Origin: a virus
Lineage: Duplodnaviria > Caudoviricetes
Direction: 5' to 3' (one strand)
Length of the DNA stretch: 44,978 nucleotides
IMG/VR virus record: IMGVR_UViG_3300002092_000072
Location: 1-44,978 of that record
Shown here piece after piece: positions 25,750 to 35,501 of this stretch. Both the position numbers and the translations under genes were made by a program. The notes beneath the pieces are model-generated. The model was not told the DNA's origin. It made no database searches and was given only the letters and a program-made list of their open reading frames with translations. The first letter of the stretch is position 1, and each line of letters begins with the position of its first letter.

Positions 25750-26153
25750 AAGTTATTGAAGTCCAATCCCCAATGTCCGTATCTTAATATATTACTTGGT
25801 ACATCTATAACACCAATAACTTCTGGCCTATAAGGAAGTTCTGTCATCAAATGATTAATTGATTCGTACGAAGAAGAGTATCTAAACGGATTAGTTCCTA
25901 CCGTGTCAAGATAATCCATTGACTCAGATAACTGCTCGTCGTTTAAAGTGTATGAGACTAATTCTAAAGTAACACCTCGGTTAGTTGTAAAAAGATACAG
26001 AGCACTCAATATGTCGCGCCGTAATTTTTTTTCAACGCTGGGTACAGGAAAAACCTTTAAACGTTTTTTAATAGTAACTTCTACGATCATAAAGATGTCC
26101 ATCACTACTAATACCCGTTGCGGTATCTCGTTACTTATATCCCCATTACGCAC
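25746..26153 (-). CDS. hypothetical protein, possibly degenerate HAD-like fold
   Basis: Coupled ORF; alpha/beta pattern ending VIGVID. Confidence 0.6.
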   Translation of the reverse strand: MRNGDISNEIPQRVLVVMDIFMIVEVTIKKRLKVFPVPSVEKKLRRDILSALYLFTTNRGVTLELVSYTLNDEQLSESMDYLDTVGTNPFRYSSSYESINHLMTELPYRPEVIGVIDVPSNILRYGHWGLDFNNL

Positions 26154-26462
26154 TTAGTAGACCTCTATTTTTCCAAACCTTATAACAAAGTCTCTGAAAT
26201 CCTCATCAGACTCTTTGGCTTTATCAGCATCTTCTTTTGTGGCCCTACTAGAGATCTCTAAAGGGTAATTGCCATTGTTCTGTTCTATACGAGCACTAAC
26301 AAATTTAACGTGCTTACAAGTATTACGTCCTTTATACCCTGGGCATGTGCAAAACAATTTACCTGAACGATCTGTAGTTACTTCGTAAATGCTTGGCCCT
26401 GGGGTCTGTGCTTGACTTAAAAACAGCTGTACCAGACGAGTTGTAAGCACCTTCCCCCTCAC
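26154..26462 (-). CDS. SWIM zinc-finger protein
   Basis: YEV...CTCPG...CKH. Confidence 0.8.
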   Translation of the reverse strand: MRGKVLTTRLVQLFLSQAQTPGPSIYEVTTDRSGKLFCTCPGYKGRNTCKHVKFVSARIEQNNGNYPLEISSRATKEDADKAKESDEDFRDFVIRFGKIEVY

Positions 26463-27148
26463 TTCCTTAGATCTTCTGTAGCGACCATAGGCAAGTAGTA
26501 AAACGCCTCATTAGCAAAGCTCTCTGTTGCGTCTCCATAAGAGGCGGCCCAGTTCTCCAACTTAATGTTGGTGGTGACAATAGTAGGCAGGCCGTGGTTA
26601 AAGCGTGTCCTCAACAAGTGGTGGAATGTATTGCTCTGCCAACCAGAAAGACTTGTGTGTTCTTTTCCAAGATCATCTACTATAAGCACACGTATGTTGT
26701 AAGCGTCGTTCTCACAATCACCTAACATTCCTTTAAATAAGGTCTGTTGATCTAAAGAAGCTTCTCCTCCAATAATTAACCCATTAAGCGCAAGTATGTC
26801 GTTAAATGTAGCAAAGTAACAAGGACGATTAAGTACATGACTTTCTTCTACAGCAAAAGGAGATAAAGGAAACGTAGTCATAATCTCTTGAATGATAGAT
26901 ACAGAAAGAGTTGTCTTTCCGTGACCAGGCTCTCCCCAAAGAAGTAAACCTTTACCGCAATCTGATTCACCAGAGGCTTTAATAATCTCACCGTTCTTAA
27001 CACGGTTAATCCAATACTGGATCTTAACCATGTTTTTTTCTCTTACTTCTGTGCAATCGCTTAAAACCCAACCAAGACGGCCAGTAGGGATGTTAGCCAT
27101 CTTCACCCACATCTTACGAACAGGTTTTAACTCATCAACCTTGTACAT
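26459..27148 (-). CDS. DnaC/IstB-like AAA+ helicase loader
   Basis: GEPGHGKT, LIVDDLGKE, R....PTIVTTN; TAATG overlap gives start 27148. Confidence 0.9.
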   Translation of the reverse strand: MYKVDELKPVRKMWVKMANIPTGRLGWVLSDCTEVREKNMVKIQYWINRVKNGEIIKASGESDCGKGLLLWGEPGHGKTTLSVSIIQEIMTTFPLSPFAVEESHVLNRPCYFATFNDILALNGLIIGGEASLDQQTLFKGMLGDCENDAYNIRVLIVDDLGKEHTSLSGWQSNTFHHLLRTRFNHGLPTIVTTNIKLENWAASYGDATESFANEAFYYLPMVATEDLRK

Positions 27149-27972
27149 TAAAAAATATCTCCCCACTGTTTATCTGATAGCGCTTCTGCTGCTTCAAGAT
27201 CTTCTGGCGTAACCGTACTACGTTCTACCGCAATCTGTAATGCGGCATAATTTTTTATAAAGGACTTCCAGATGTTGTCTGGGTCGTCAATATGTTTTTT
27301 ATGTTCAAGGCTATCAAAAAACCGATCCATCATCTTTAACTCTAGATCTCCTGTAGTGCCGTGAGTTTTACGAGACGCACCGTAAGCGGCTTTAAATCGG
27401 GTACGAACAGTAACCCAAGGCTTAACGTGCCACATCAACGACATGCGTTCTGCAAAGTAGTACGCCGAATCATCTGTAGACCAAAGAGCAGGGTCTTTAA
27501 TGGACTTGGCCTCAATCTTCTTTTTAGCCTCTTGCTCTTTAACGTCGCGGAACTCAGCGGATTTTTTCTCGCGCATCTTGCGCAAGTACTCTGCTCGCTC
27601 CTCTGGCTCTAAGTACATGGGCGCTTCTTCGTAATCCATTTTGTTCTCCCCCATTGGTTCTCCAATGTACTCTTTCTTGCTTATATATGAATAAGCATTT
27701 AAGTTTAAATAGCTATTCTGCTGTGTCTGCTGTATCAGAAGACGGGTTTCTGGGGCCCAGAAATCAGGATCCACAAGACGGTTTACTGTCATGATCCGAT
27801 TACCAATCCGCTCCTTAGTAGAAGAGATCATGTTGTACCTTTTGAGCTCAGCTAGAGCGGTTCCTATGGCTTCTCGCCCTTCGGCAAAAACCTTAGAAAG
27901 GCTCTCAGCGCTTATAGAGGCGTCTGAGGCCCTCAGGTATACATACACTCCTAAGGCGCGGGCTGTAATCAC
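27148..27972 (-). CDS. putative replication initiator with N-terminal winged HTH
   Basis: ALGVY.YL...EGREAI..AL.EL; directly upstream of the DnaC-like loader. Confidence 0.7.
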   Translation of the reverse strand: MITARALGVYVYLRASDASISAESLSKVFAEGREAIGTALAELKRYNMISSTKERIGNRIMTVNRLVDPDFWAPETRLLIQQTQQNSYLNLNAYSYISKKEYIGEPMGENKMDYEEAPMYLEPEERAEYLRKMREKKSAEFRDVKEQEAKKKIEAKSIKDPALWSTDDSAYYFAERMSLMWHVKPWVTVRTRFKAAYGASRKTHGTTGDLELKMMDRFFDSLEHKKHIDDPDNIWKSFIKNYAALQIAVERSTVTPEDLEAAEALSDKQWGDIF

Positions 27973-28652
27973 GCCTCAAGGTCCTCTGAAGGCTTTTTAA
28001 GGGTATTCTGGAGCTCAGCCACGACCGCCTTAGAGATGGCTTTGACCAAAGACTGGATTCCAAAGTAGATGTCGTCCATCAACTCTTCCTCTGTCTCAGG
28101 CTCATCCTCCTCTAAACCATCTTCGTCCTCATCTTCTTCCTCTTCGTCATCTTCTACCGTGGGTTCTTCTTTTACCGCAGTTTCTGAGTCGGGCATATCA
28201 GACTGGTCGTTAGAGATTGGCTTAGCCTTAGTAGTGGTTACGTTATTAAGACCATCGGTTAGGTCATAACATTTAACCGCGTACTTATTGCATAGGTATG
28301 AGAGGTTGACAGATGATTCTGGATCTTCGTCATCCCATAGAAGAAACGCTGCCGCTTTAAATTCTTTCTTTAAGAACTTGCAAGCAGCTTCTAAAGGTGT
28401 GTCTGTCTCTGTAAGGCTTGATGCGGGTAGGCCATCATATTTGGCGCCCTCATTAGCAAAGACAACTATATCTTTGCCTTTATCTTTAGACCATTGCCCG
28501 ATAAATGTTTGTCCTTGACTTGGTGCCTTATCATAGGCAAGAAGAAAAGTTACATCTGGGCCGTTTGCATATACGTAGTCTTCAACAAGCGCCTCTACGT
28601 TAGGTCTGCTGGTAGTTCCTTTACCAGCGATGATTACATAATATTTGTCCAT
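27969..28652 (-). CDS. Rossmann/SLOG-like protein with long acidic tract
   Basis: VIIAGKG start; EDDEEEEDEDEDGLEEDE; AGGAGG RBS and TGcTAGATT upstream. Confidence 0.55.
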   Translation of the reverse strand: MDKYYVIIAGKGTTSRPNVEALVEDYVYANGPDVTFLLAYDKAPSQGQTFIGQWSKDKGKDIVVFANEGAKYDGLPASSLTETDTPLEAACKFLKKEFKAAAFLLWDDEDPESSVNLSYLCNKYAVKCYDLTDGLNNVTTTKAKPISNDQSDMPDSETAVKEEPTVEDDEEEEDEDEDGLEEDEPETEEELMDDIYFGIQSLVKAISKAVVAELQNTLKKPSEDLEA

Positions 28653-28694
28653 AGGACCTCCTGTTAGGGGAGCCCTAATCTAGCACAAGATTTT

Positions 28695-28967
28695 TTACTG
28701 TCTAGGTGTAACTGTTGCTGGGCGATATGTCGCAATTCTTTCCGCGCCAGTTAACAAAACTCTGCTAAAAAAAGCCCCAGCAAAGGTCCGTAAGACTAGC
28801 TCTCTTATTGGATAGCCTATAAGAAGCGCGCCACCCAAAGAGAACACTATAGAGAAAACAGCATTTATAGCTATAGGGCTAGTGAATAAGGATAAAAACT
28901 CTACCGCTTTATCCATAAGCGCAAGAAAAAAAGCCACAGCCATGCTAACAAGTAATAGTTCAAACAT
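28695..28967 (-). CDS. small membrane protein (holin-like candidate), leaderless
   Basis: Two to three hydrophobic segments; TACACT 6 nt before ATG. Confidence 0.55.
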   Translation of the reverse strand: MFELLLVSMAVAFFLALMDKAVEFLSLFTSPIAINAVFSIVFSLGGALLIGYPIRELVLRTFAGAFFSRVLLTGAERIATYRPATVTPRQ

Positions 28968-28979
28968 GGTTGAAGTGTA

Positions 28980-31523
28980 CTACGTTTTAGGTTGAGCCAA
29001 GTATATAGCAACTGTGCAACCAAGAGGCACCTGTTGCAATAATGTGATTGAGTATAAACGCGCCTGTACAGAAACTCTATTTTTATAATAATGGCTTCGT
29101 GCTGTGTTAGCGGCGTTCCCTTCCCAAACAAAATCGTAAGTAGCGCCGTTTCCACCCGCGCCATCAAAGTAAGGAAGTAAATTGCCGCTGTTCTCAAACA
29201 AAGTTTGATCTACATATAAAATATCTCCGTTATTAACTGTAGACCAATCTAGTTCAACGCTGGCGTAAGCTGCTGTAGCGGGGGCTGTATCTGTTGCATA
29301 CGGCCTTAACCATTCCGCATTAGTAATCGTAAATAGACCAGAAGAAGAGGTACTAATCAAGCTATACGCAGAGTCGTACCAGTTTATTTTTACTTGAACT
29401 GTTTCTGAAGAATTTTCAGTTTTTGCGTATGCGCTAAAGGTGTAAGAGGTATTTGGATAATATACGTTGAGTAGTTGAGCGGTTGTAGATCCGTCCCAAG
29501 ATTTAACAGCAACTGAAGACGACCCTGTGGCAGTTAATTTAAGAAGATGTCCAGATCTATAAACTGTTCCAGAGGTTAATGTGATTGCTTGATCTGTGGC
29601 TGTAACTGCAAATGAGAATGACTGGTTAGTTACCGTCGTTACTACTCTAGTACCATTATAGTTGGAAGATGTTACCCCAGACCCAGTTACTCCTGAGATA
29701 TAAACATTTGCCCCTACTTGAATAGAATGTGACTTTGTAAGAACAACTGTTGCTATATTTGTAGTTAACGAGGTGGAATAGACAGTAAAAGTTTCACTAT
29801 TTGCCTCTTGTGTTGAGGTATTAATAGAGGTAGTTGCACTTCCGCTTACTGTCCAAGGAGCGACTGTTGAATAAAAATTAGGGTTAGTTATTTCATTGAT
29901 TCTGTTTGCTCGCATGGTGATATGTAGCTGTCGCGCTTCATCAAAATCAGTAACTGTTGCAGATGCTTCAAATTGAGCGGAATCAAAGTAATGATGCTCT
30001 AAAGTGCTATACCCACCAACAGACGCAATAGCCATCCCAGGTGCGGCATAATAAGCTCCAGCGGGGGCCGCGCCCGTCACATATGGCCTGTAAGATGCAG
30101 AAAACGCTGTTGTATTATCCGACACTGCTGAGCCAGATGATGTGCTTATAAGTGTTCCAAAACGATTAAACCATTTTATTTTTGGTGTTACGTTTCTAGC
30201 AGTAAAAGACCCTTTAGAAACGTAAATGCTAAATGAATATGTTGTTCCTGCTGTTACAGGTATGCCTTTGTTAATTGGAGAGTCATCTCCACAAAATATA
30301 TTTAAAGAGGAGGTGGAGTTTGTTTTGTTATATACCGCTAAAATTCCTTTAGATTTATTTGGAAATAAAGCAGGAGAGGTTGTCTCTACCCAAGGAGCTG
30401 GTGATGGGGTTACTATTCCATACTGGCCTGTAGCAACGTTGTATCCAGAAGAAAGTTTTATATCTGCAGTTGTTTGAGCAAAGCTTACAGAATTACCTTG
30501 GTCTACTGCTGTTAAGGTGTAAGTGTTGTTATTAAATAAAGGGTATGGGAGCCCTGTAACCGTTATCTGGTTACCTACATCGTAGTTATTAGCTCCAATG
30601 TAAAACGTAGCTACATTAGAAGTCAAAGACAAAGTTGTAATGTTTTTTACAGGAAGCTGGTCATAATCAGCTGTGCCGTCTATAGAGACCCAATGGCCTG
30701 TGCTTTCTTCAAAAGAAGAGTCATTATAATCAAGCATTAAATTATGACCAACAGTAATTCCGTTTACGCTTGGATTAGGCGTTCCAGAGACAGGCACTGG
30801 GACACCCCAGCCCGTAAATGATTTTAAATAAGCAAGAAGGCCAGCTTTACTTCCCTTTTGTTTAGTAAGAACAACGCTTTCGCGTAACATAATACGGTTC
30901 TGTTGCATTCCTATAGCGGGTTCGTAATCGTAACCAAACTGATTAAGCATGGTAGGTATTAATTTACCGCTAACTTTTTCTACATCGTATTTATTAATAA
31001 GCAGCTCAGAAAGATTTTTTGTGTAATCTAACTGAAACCCAAAGTTACTTAAGAACCCATATAGAACAGGATTATCCCATTGAGATGTGGTGGGGGTATA
31101 AGGACTAGTTACTCTATAAATTTCTGGAAGATAGTTATACATATTAGAGGTAGTTCCATAGTTTTTTACAGAAAGACCCAACGTATCCGCCGCTTTAACC
31201 CAGTTGTATTGTGTAAGACTTAAAACAAATACAGAGTAATAATAGTAATTACCCTCAACAAGGCCTGTATCTGTATATATAGGGTTGGAGCTGTCTGTTT
31301 TTTTAGAGGTAAATACTTGAGTACCGTCGTAAGGGTCTATTGGAAACCCGTATTGATTACGTGTTATAACTAAGTCAGACCATTCTCCTGTAGGAGTAGT
31401 CCAGCTAAGTAGTATTTTTGCATGGTCTGAAGGCGTAGCGGTAAAAGGGGTAGCATCAAACTTAATAGGATTATCTGTGCCGTAGTAACCTACGCCATAA
31501 TAGTCAATACCGTAACGTGACAT
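28980..31523 (-). CDS. baseplate wedge/tail protein with Fn3-like and carbohydrate-binding-like domains
   Basis: YLPEIY...KGS..GL (gpI-like), NP.F...W...YTFSAY...INWY repeats; follows baseplate J. Confidence 0.75.
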   Translation of the reverse strand: MSRYGIDYYGVGYYGTDNPIKFDATPFTATPSDHAKILLSWTTPTGEWSDLVITRNQYGFPIDPYDGTQVFTSKKTDSSNPIYTDTGLVEGNYYYYSVFVLSLTQYNWVKAADTLGLSVKNYGTTSNMYNYLPEIYRVTSPYTPTTSQWDNPVLYGFLSNFGFQLDYTKNLSELLINKYDVEKVSGKLIPTMLNQFGYDYEPAIGMQQNRIMLRESVVLTKQKGSKAGLLAYLKSFTGWGVPVPVSGTPNPSVNGITVGHNLMLDYNDSSFEESTGHWVSIDGTADYDQLPVKNITTLSLTSNVATFYIGANNYDVGNQITVTGLPYPLFNNNTYTLTAVDQGNSVSFAQTTADIKLSSGYNVATGQYGIVTPSPAPWVETTSPALFPNKSKGILAVYNKTNSTSSLNIFCGDDSPINKGIPVTAGTTYSFSIYVSKGSFTARNVTPKIKWFNRFGTLISTSSGSAVSDNTTAFSASYRPYVTGAAPAGAYYAAPGMAIASVGGYSTLEHHYFDSAQFEASATVTDFDEARQLHITMRANRINEITNPNFYSTVAPWTVSGSATTSINTSTQEANSETFTVYSTSLTTNIATVVLTKSHSIQVGANVYISGVTGSGVTSSNYNGTRVVTTVTNQSFSFAVTATDQAITLTSGTVYRSGHLLKLTATGSSSVAVKSWDGSTTAQLLNVYYPNTSYTFSAYAKTENSSETVQVKINWYDSAYSLISTSSSGLFTITNAEWLRPYATDTAPATAAYASVELDWSTVNNGDILYVDQTLFENSGNLLPYFDGAGGNGATYDFVWEGNAANTARSHYYKNRVSVQARLYSITLLQQVPLGCTVAIYLAQPKT

Positions 31524-31525
31524 AG

Positions 31526-33283
31526 TTAGGAAGCAATCCCGCCTGTTACATTTACTGTCAAGTTTCCTATACCTGTGGCTGAAGGGCTTGATACAGTTCC
31601 AAGTGCATATAGGGTAGGTATTTCATTAATTGCGCAAACAATATCGTTCACTACAAGCGCTGTAACAGATCCAGCAGAAGAAACAGAGGATACATTAACA
31701 GCCAATAGTGCGTAAGAAAATGTGTTACTTGTTACGCCAGTTACAACAAATGTACCATTAAAGGTTGAATCTACGCCAGATACTGATACGGTCTGTCCTA
31801 CAGTAAGTGTGTGAGTAACTGATGTAGTTAGTGTGGCTACATTTGTAGTAAGAGCTTTATTGTTAATAATGTAAGTTTGATCTTTATCTGCTCGTACCAT
31901 TTTACTAATGTTTTTATGAGCGATTCCTTCTACGGCTGATAGGGCGTCTGTAACGTCAGATACAGCTATCGTATCGTGGAATACCACGTTATCAATATAA
32001 AATAAGTTATTGATAGCTGCGGTTGCGTTCGTTAACACTGAAGATTGTTTATATTGAGGCAATAAAGTTATGTTTACTATTAAGTATGTTCCTACATAGG
32101 TAGGAGGCTGGAAGGTAATAGTAGTGTTTGCTGGAGCTTTATCTGTAAGATAACTTAAAACTGATGGGGTTAAGTTGTTAAATACTGTTGTGGCCGTCGC
32201 ATTATCAGTTCCTACGCCAGGGTTACCTGTGGGCGCTAGATAAAGAGTTACAGAGTTATATGTATCTGCTGTAGCAATAGCTTTTGATACTCCTGTTACT
32301 TGAACCGCTAAGTAAGAGTAATCAGACAAAGAAACAGCCCTATTTACAGCACGAATACTTAAAGCAGCGTTTATTCTAATAGAATCAATAGTTTCTGCAT
32401 CGGCGCCACCAGTGGCAGCCCCATCACCAGCAATATCTATATCTTGGTTTACTACAGATAAACCAGCTGGAATGGTTCCACTAGGTACTTTATAAATATT
32501 CTTAATAAGGTTAGATGCTACGTTTCCTATAGCTCCCCCGCCTGTTCGGTAGGTAGCATAAATTTGAACGCCGCTTGGTGGTATACGTCCGCTTACCCCA
32601 TCTCCAAAAGTAATATAGGTAACGCCCTCAGAGTTTGTAAACGTTGTAAAAACAGGGTCATACCCATTAGAATCAATAAGGTACTGGACTTTATTGTAAG
32701 AAACACCACCAATTGTTATTTGAACAGTGTTGTTAATAACAGACGTTTTTCTAAGAGCGTACGATTGATTAGGATTACCATTTGCTACAGCCACTACCTC
32801 ATTAGATGTTGTAACACCTTGGGTTGCTTTTACTGTTATATGTCCTGGCGCACCTGTTGGAACTGTTACGGCGGAATCTGTTTCAAAAATTACTTGAGAA
32901 GTAGTTGAGTTTGCTACCAAAGAAGTAGCTACTTGTGTAAGAGCTGGAACAGGAATACTGGCACCTGTGGTATTTTTAAAGGTAAGAGTAACCGTAGCCG
33001 CTACAGCGTCTGTTGGTGTGTACCCAATAAGGTTAGCTAACTGAAGTACGCTTTGACGTTGAGTTGCGGTAGCTAAAAATCCTTCATTTGCCGCTCGGTC
33101 AATATAGTAATTAAGTATGTCACCCATATAAGAAAACAACTCAAGCAAAGTCATGCCAAAATCAGCGGGGTCGCGGTTGGTCCATGTAGGAGAAAAGTTA
33201 GGAATAAGGGCAGTCATATCCGCAAGGATTGCCGCATAATCCCTAGATGTGTAATCTATAGACGGAACATAGTTACTTGACAT
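31526..33283 (-). CDS. baseplate J-like wedge protein
   Basis: IDYTSRDY, DFG.TLLE, FGDG..G.IP, GGADAET...R, RAVS.SDY. Confidence 0.92.
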   Translation of the reverse strand: MSSNYVPSIDYTSRDYAAILADMTALIPNFSPTWTNRDPADFGMTLLELFSYMGDILNYYIDRAANEGFLATATQRQSVLQLANLIGYTPTDAVAATVTLTFKNTTGASIPVPALTQVATSLVANSTTSQVIFETDSAVTVPTGAPGHITVKATQGVTTSNEVVAVANGNPNQSYALRKTSVINNTVQITIGGVSYNKVQYLIDSNGYDPVFTTFTNSEGVTYITFGDGVSGRIPPSGVQIYATYRTGGGAIGNVASNLIKNIYKVPSGTIPAGLSVVNQDIDIAGDGAATGGADAETIDSIRINAALSIRAVNRAVSLSDYSYLAVQVTGVSKAIATADTYNSVTLYLAPTGNPGVGTDNATATTVFNNLTPSVLSYLTDKAPANTTITFQPPTYVGTYLIVNITLLPQYKQSSVLTNATAAINNLFYIDNVVFHDTIAVSDVTDALSAVEGIAHKNISKMVRADKDQTYIINNKALTTNVATLTTSVTHTLTVGQTVSVSGVDSTFNGTFVVTGVTSNTFSYALLAVNVSSVSSAGSVTALVVNDIVCAINEIPTLYALGTVSSPSATGIGNLTVNVTGGIAS

Positions 33284-33680
33284 TTGGTACCTCCACGATT
33301 ACTTCTCCAGAACGACTAAGAATAGCAGTTTTAACACTTACAGTTTGAGGACTTTTAGATGGGCCGTTTTTATACGTTACCGTGATATTAAGTAGTCCAT
33401 CTGAGTCTATAGAAGCATTTGTGCCTAAAAGAGTTAGATAGGGAAGCCAGTTATTAAAAGCTATCGTTGTGGCCTGTTGCACTACTGATGACGCGTTATC
33501 TGGGTTTTCAAAGTTAGAGTATCTAATGGCAGAACCAAAAGCAGGTCTCATAACCCGCTCTGTAAGAGTAGTCATGAGTACTAAGACAATTCTATCTTGA
33601 ATTACTTTTGCTTGATCCGCTGTGTTAGCTACCCTGCCCTCTGCATCAAAGGAAAAAGGTAAAGAAATAGCTAAGCTCAT
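33273..33680 (-). CDS. gp25/GPW-like baseplate protein
   Basis: ISLPF...T...ERVMRP.FGS; ATGA overlap gives start 33680. Confidence 0.9.
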   Translation of the reverse strand: MSLAISLPFSFDAEGRVANTADQAKVIQDRIVLVLMTTLTERVMRPAFGSAIRYSNFENPDNASSVVQQATTIAFNNWLPYLTLLGTNASIDSDGLLNITVTYKNGPSKSPQTVSVKTAILSRSGEVIVEVPNVK

Positions 33681-34153
33681 ATCTCTACTCCCATCCATAC
33701 AGGAAAGTTAGGGTCTCCCGCTATAAACATTACCCACACTTTTTGCCCAATATTTGGGACCGTGCGGTGGTACGTGTGTTGCGGGCTTGCGGTATCTAAG
33801 ATATCAGTGCTGTCTTGGTGCGGGTGGCTTAACGTATTACTATTACCTGCGTGAGTTAAAGTTTGTGTAGAAGAGAACGTATGAGTGTGGGAGGGTGTGC
33901 CCCCCGAGCTAGTAGAGCCAGACACAGATACTGAATGGTTGGTCAAAAGCAAAGCAACATCAGCAGCTAAATGGTCTAAGTGGTCTGGGTGGTTAGCATT
34001 AGACGTTACTGGTAAACAGGGTTTTGCCCAATAAGTTTCAGCATCACCTAAAACTTGGGGAACCTGCAGTTTAATTTTATTTGTTACATCGGGGTCGTTG
34101 TTGTCGGTGCAGACGCCCTCATAGATCCCGTAAAATCTTTTATCTTCGTTCAT
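33677..34153 (-). CDS. gp5/gpV-type spike OB-fold protein with His-rich insertion
   Basis: YEG...DN.DP...IKL.VP...WA.P and P.IGQ.VWV.F..GDP..PVWMG. Confidence 0.85.
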   Translation of the reverse strand: MNEDKRFYGIYEGVCTDNNDPDVTNKIKLQVPQVLGDAETYWAKPCLPVTSNANHPDHLDHLAADVALLLTNHSVSVSGSTSSGGTPSHTHTFSSTQTLTHAGNSNTLSHPHQDSTDILDTASPQHTYHRTVPNIGQKVWVMFIAGDPNFPVWMGVEI

Positions 34154-34154
34154 T

Positions 34155-35501
34155 TTATAGCACCTTAGGTATCTTAGTTAAAAGGCGGTTAATAGTTGGC
34201 GCTGTGCTGGTAGCGGGTTGTGTAATTGGGTTTAACGTCTTAGTGCCTGTTTTCCATGTAGGAGCGGATACCGTCCTATTATTTACAAGGGGTTTAGATC
34301 TATTTGTGGCTTGACTAAAGTTTCCTGTGTTTTGAGGTCCCGCGTTTATAGTAGTTTTATTTAAAGATGTTTTAGGAACAATATTTGTTTGTCTCACGCC
34401 TGGAATTATAGTCCTAGCAGGTTTACTACTAGGAACAATAATTTGAGATCCGTCTGTCCATTTAGTTGCATAACCTAAAGAATCTGTTCCAAGGTATAAA
34501 ATTGTTGTGTATAACTGGCTATTTCTTTCCTCTTCAATAATACGATGCTCAGTGCCTAAAATTGTCCAATAGCCTTCATAGTAGTTACCCACACCAACTA
34601 AATAAACAGGAAGATCTGGACGAAGAGATATTTGACCTACTACCTCGGCCGTAGCTCTATACGGAAACGTGTTTCTATTGTCTGCTGCCTCCGCCTCATA
34701 TGCAGCTACTGTTGGATCATCAGCTACTACGTGCGTATTAAACTTATCAAAAAACTCTGGAGCAGACTTAAATTTAGTAGTTTTGTTTCTAGACTGTTGC
34801 GTTTGTGCCATAGGGGCGTTTGTTCCCGAATCTAAACCAGAAACAGCTATAGCAGCTTTTTGTTCTCCGTCGTGGTCTAAATTTTCTCCAATTTCTGGAT
34901 AAAAAGAGTATAAAGTGGAACCGCTTGGGTTATTTGGAGACCTCATAGTTAGAGTAACGGCTTCCGCTCTTTTTTCTGTGTACTCATAAAGCATTGGTTG
35001 AAAATAAATTTCAGTGTTTTCTGTTCTTAAACTATAACCGCATTGTTTAGCAAGCCTTACGCACATTTCCCAATCCGTGTGACCTGCTTGAGATATTTGA
35101 GGGTATATACGAGGGTGAGGGACAGTAAAAGCCACAAAGTTATGTTTATCCGCTATATCTTGGATTACTGCATCAGCAGATAGGCCTTTGTAAACTGCTT
35201 GAGATTCGTTTTTCATAACATAAGAGGCGCCTACAGCAACAACTTCTGTAGTAAACGTTCCAGGATTTCTTTCTACGTTAATATGATCAACATACCCATA
35301 AAAATCTCTAGACTCATTTAAGCTACTAATAGTAAAGTGCAAAGGGGAACCAGACTCCACAGCGTCATAAGAGATGTCCCAATCCCTAAACTGCATAATA
35401 ACTACCTCATGTTGATATCTATTTTGATAAAAAGACATCTTATATACTTTTTGAGGAGGAACAGAGGTGTTAGGAAAAGTTACGGTTACATAATTAAACA
35501 T
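34155..35501 (-). CDS. baseplate hub protein (gpD/gp27-like)
   Basis: IA..H, Q...TDW...RLA...GY, G...LRP...V.L.G...G.W....EH. Confidence 0.8.
   Translation of the reverse strand: MFNYVTVTFPNTSVPPQKVYKMSFYQNRYQHEVVIMQFRDWDISYDAVESGSPLHFTISSLNESRDFYGYVDHINVERNPGTFTTEVVAVGASYVMKNESQAVYKGLSADAVIQDIADKHNFVAFTVPHPRIYPQISQAGHTDWEMCVRLAKQCGYSLRTENTEIYFQPMLYEYTEKRAEAVTLTMRSPNNPSGSTLYSFYPEIGENLDHDGEQKAAIAVSGLDSGTNAPMAQTQQSRNKTTKFKSAPEFFDKFNTHVVADDPTVAAYEAEAADNRNTFPYRATAEVVGQISLRPDLPVYLVGVGNYYEGYWTILGTEHRIIEEERNSQLYTTILYLGTDSLGYATKWTDGSQIIVPSSKPARTIIPGVRQTNIVPKTSLNKTTINAGPQNTGNFSQATNRSKPLVNNRTVSAPTWKTGTKTLNPITQPATSTAPTINRLLTKIPKVL

Noticed and set aside
28901-29197. Overlapping 98-aa minus-strand ORF
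   Set aside because: Out-of-frame overlap with two better-supported genes; no lipobox or other spanin signal
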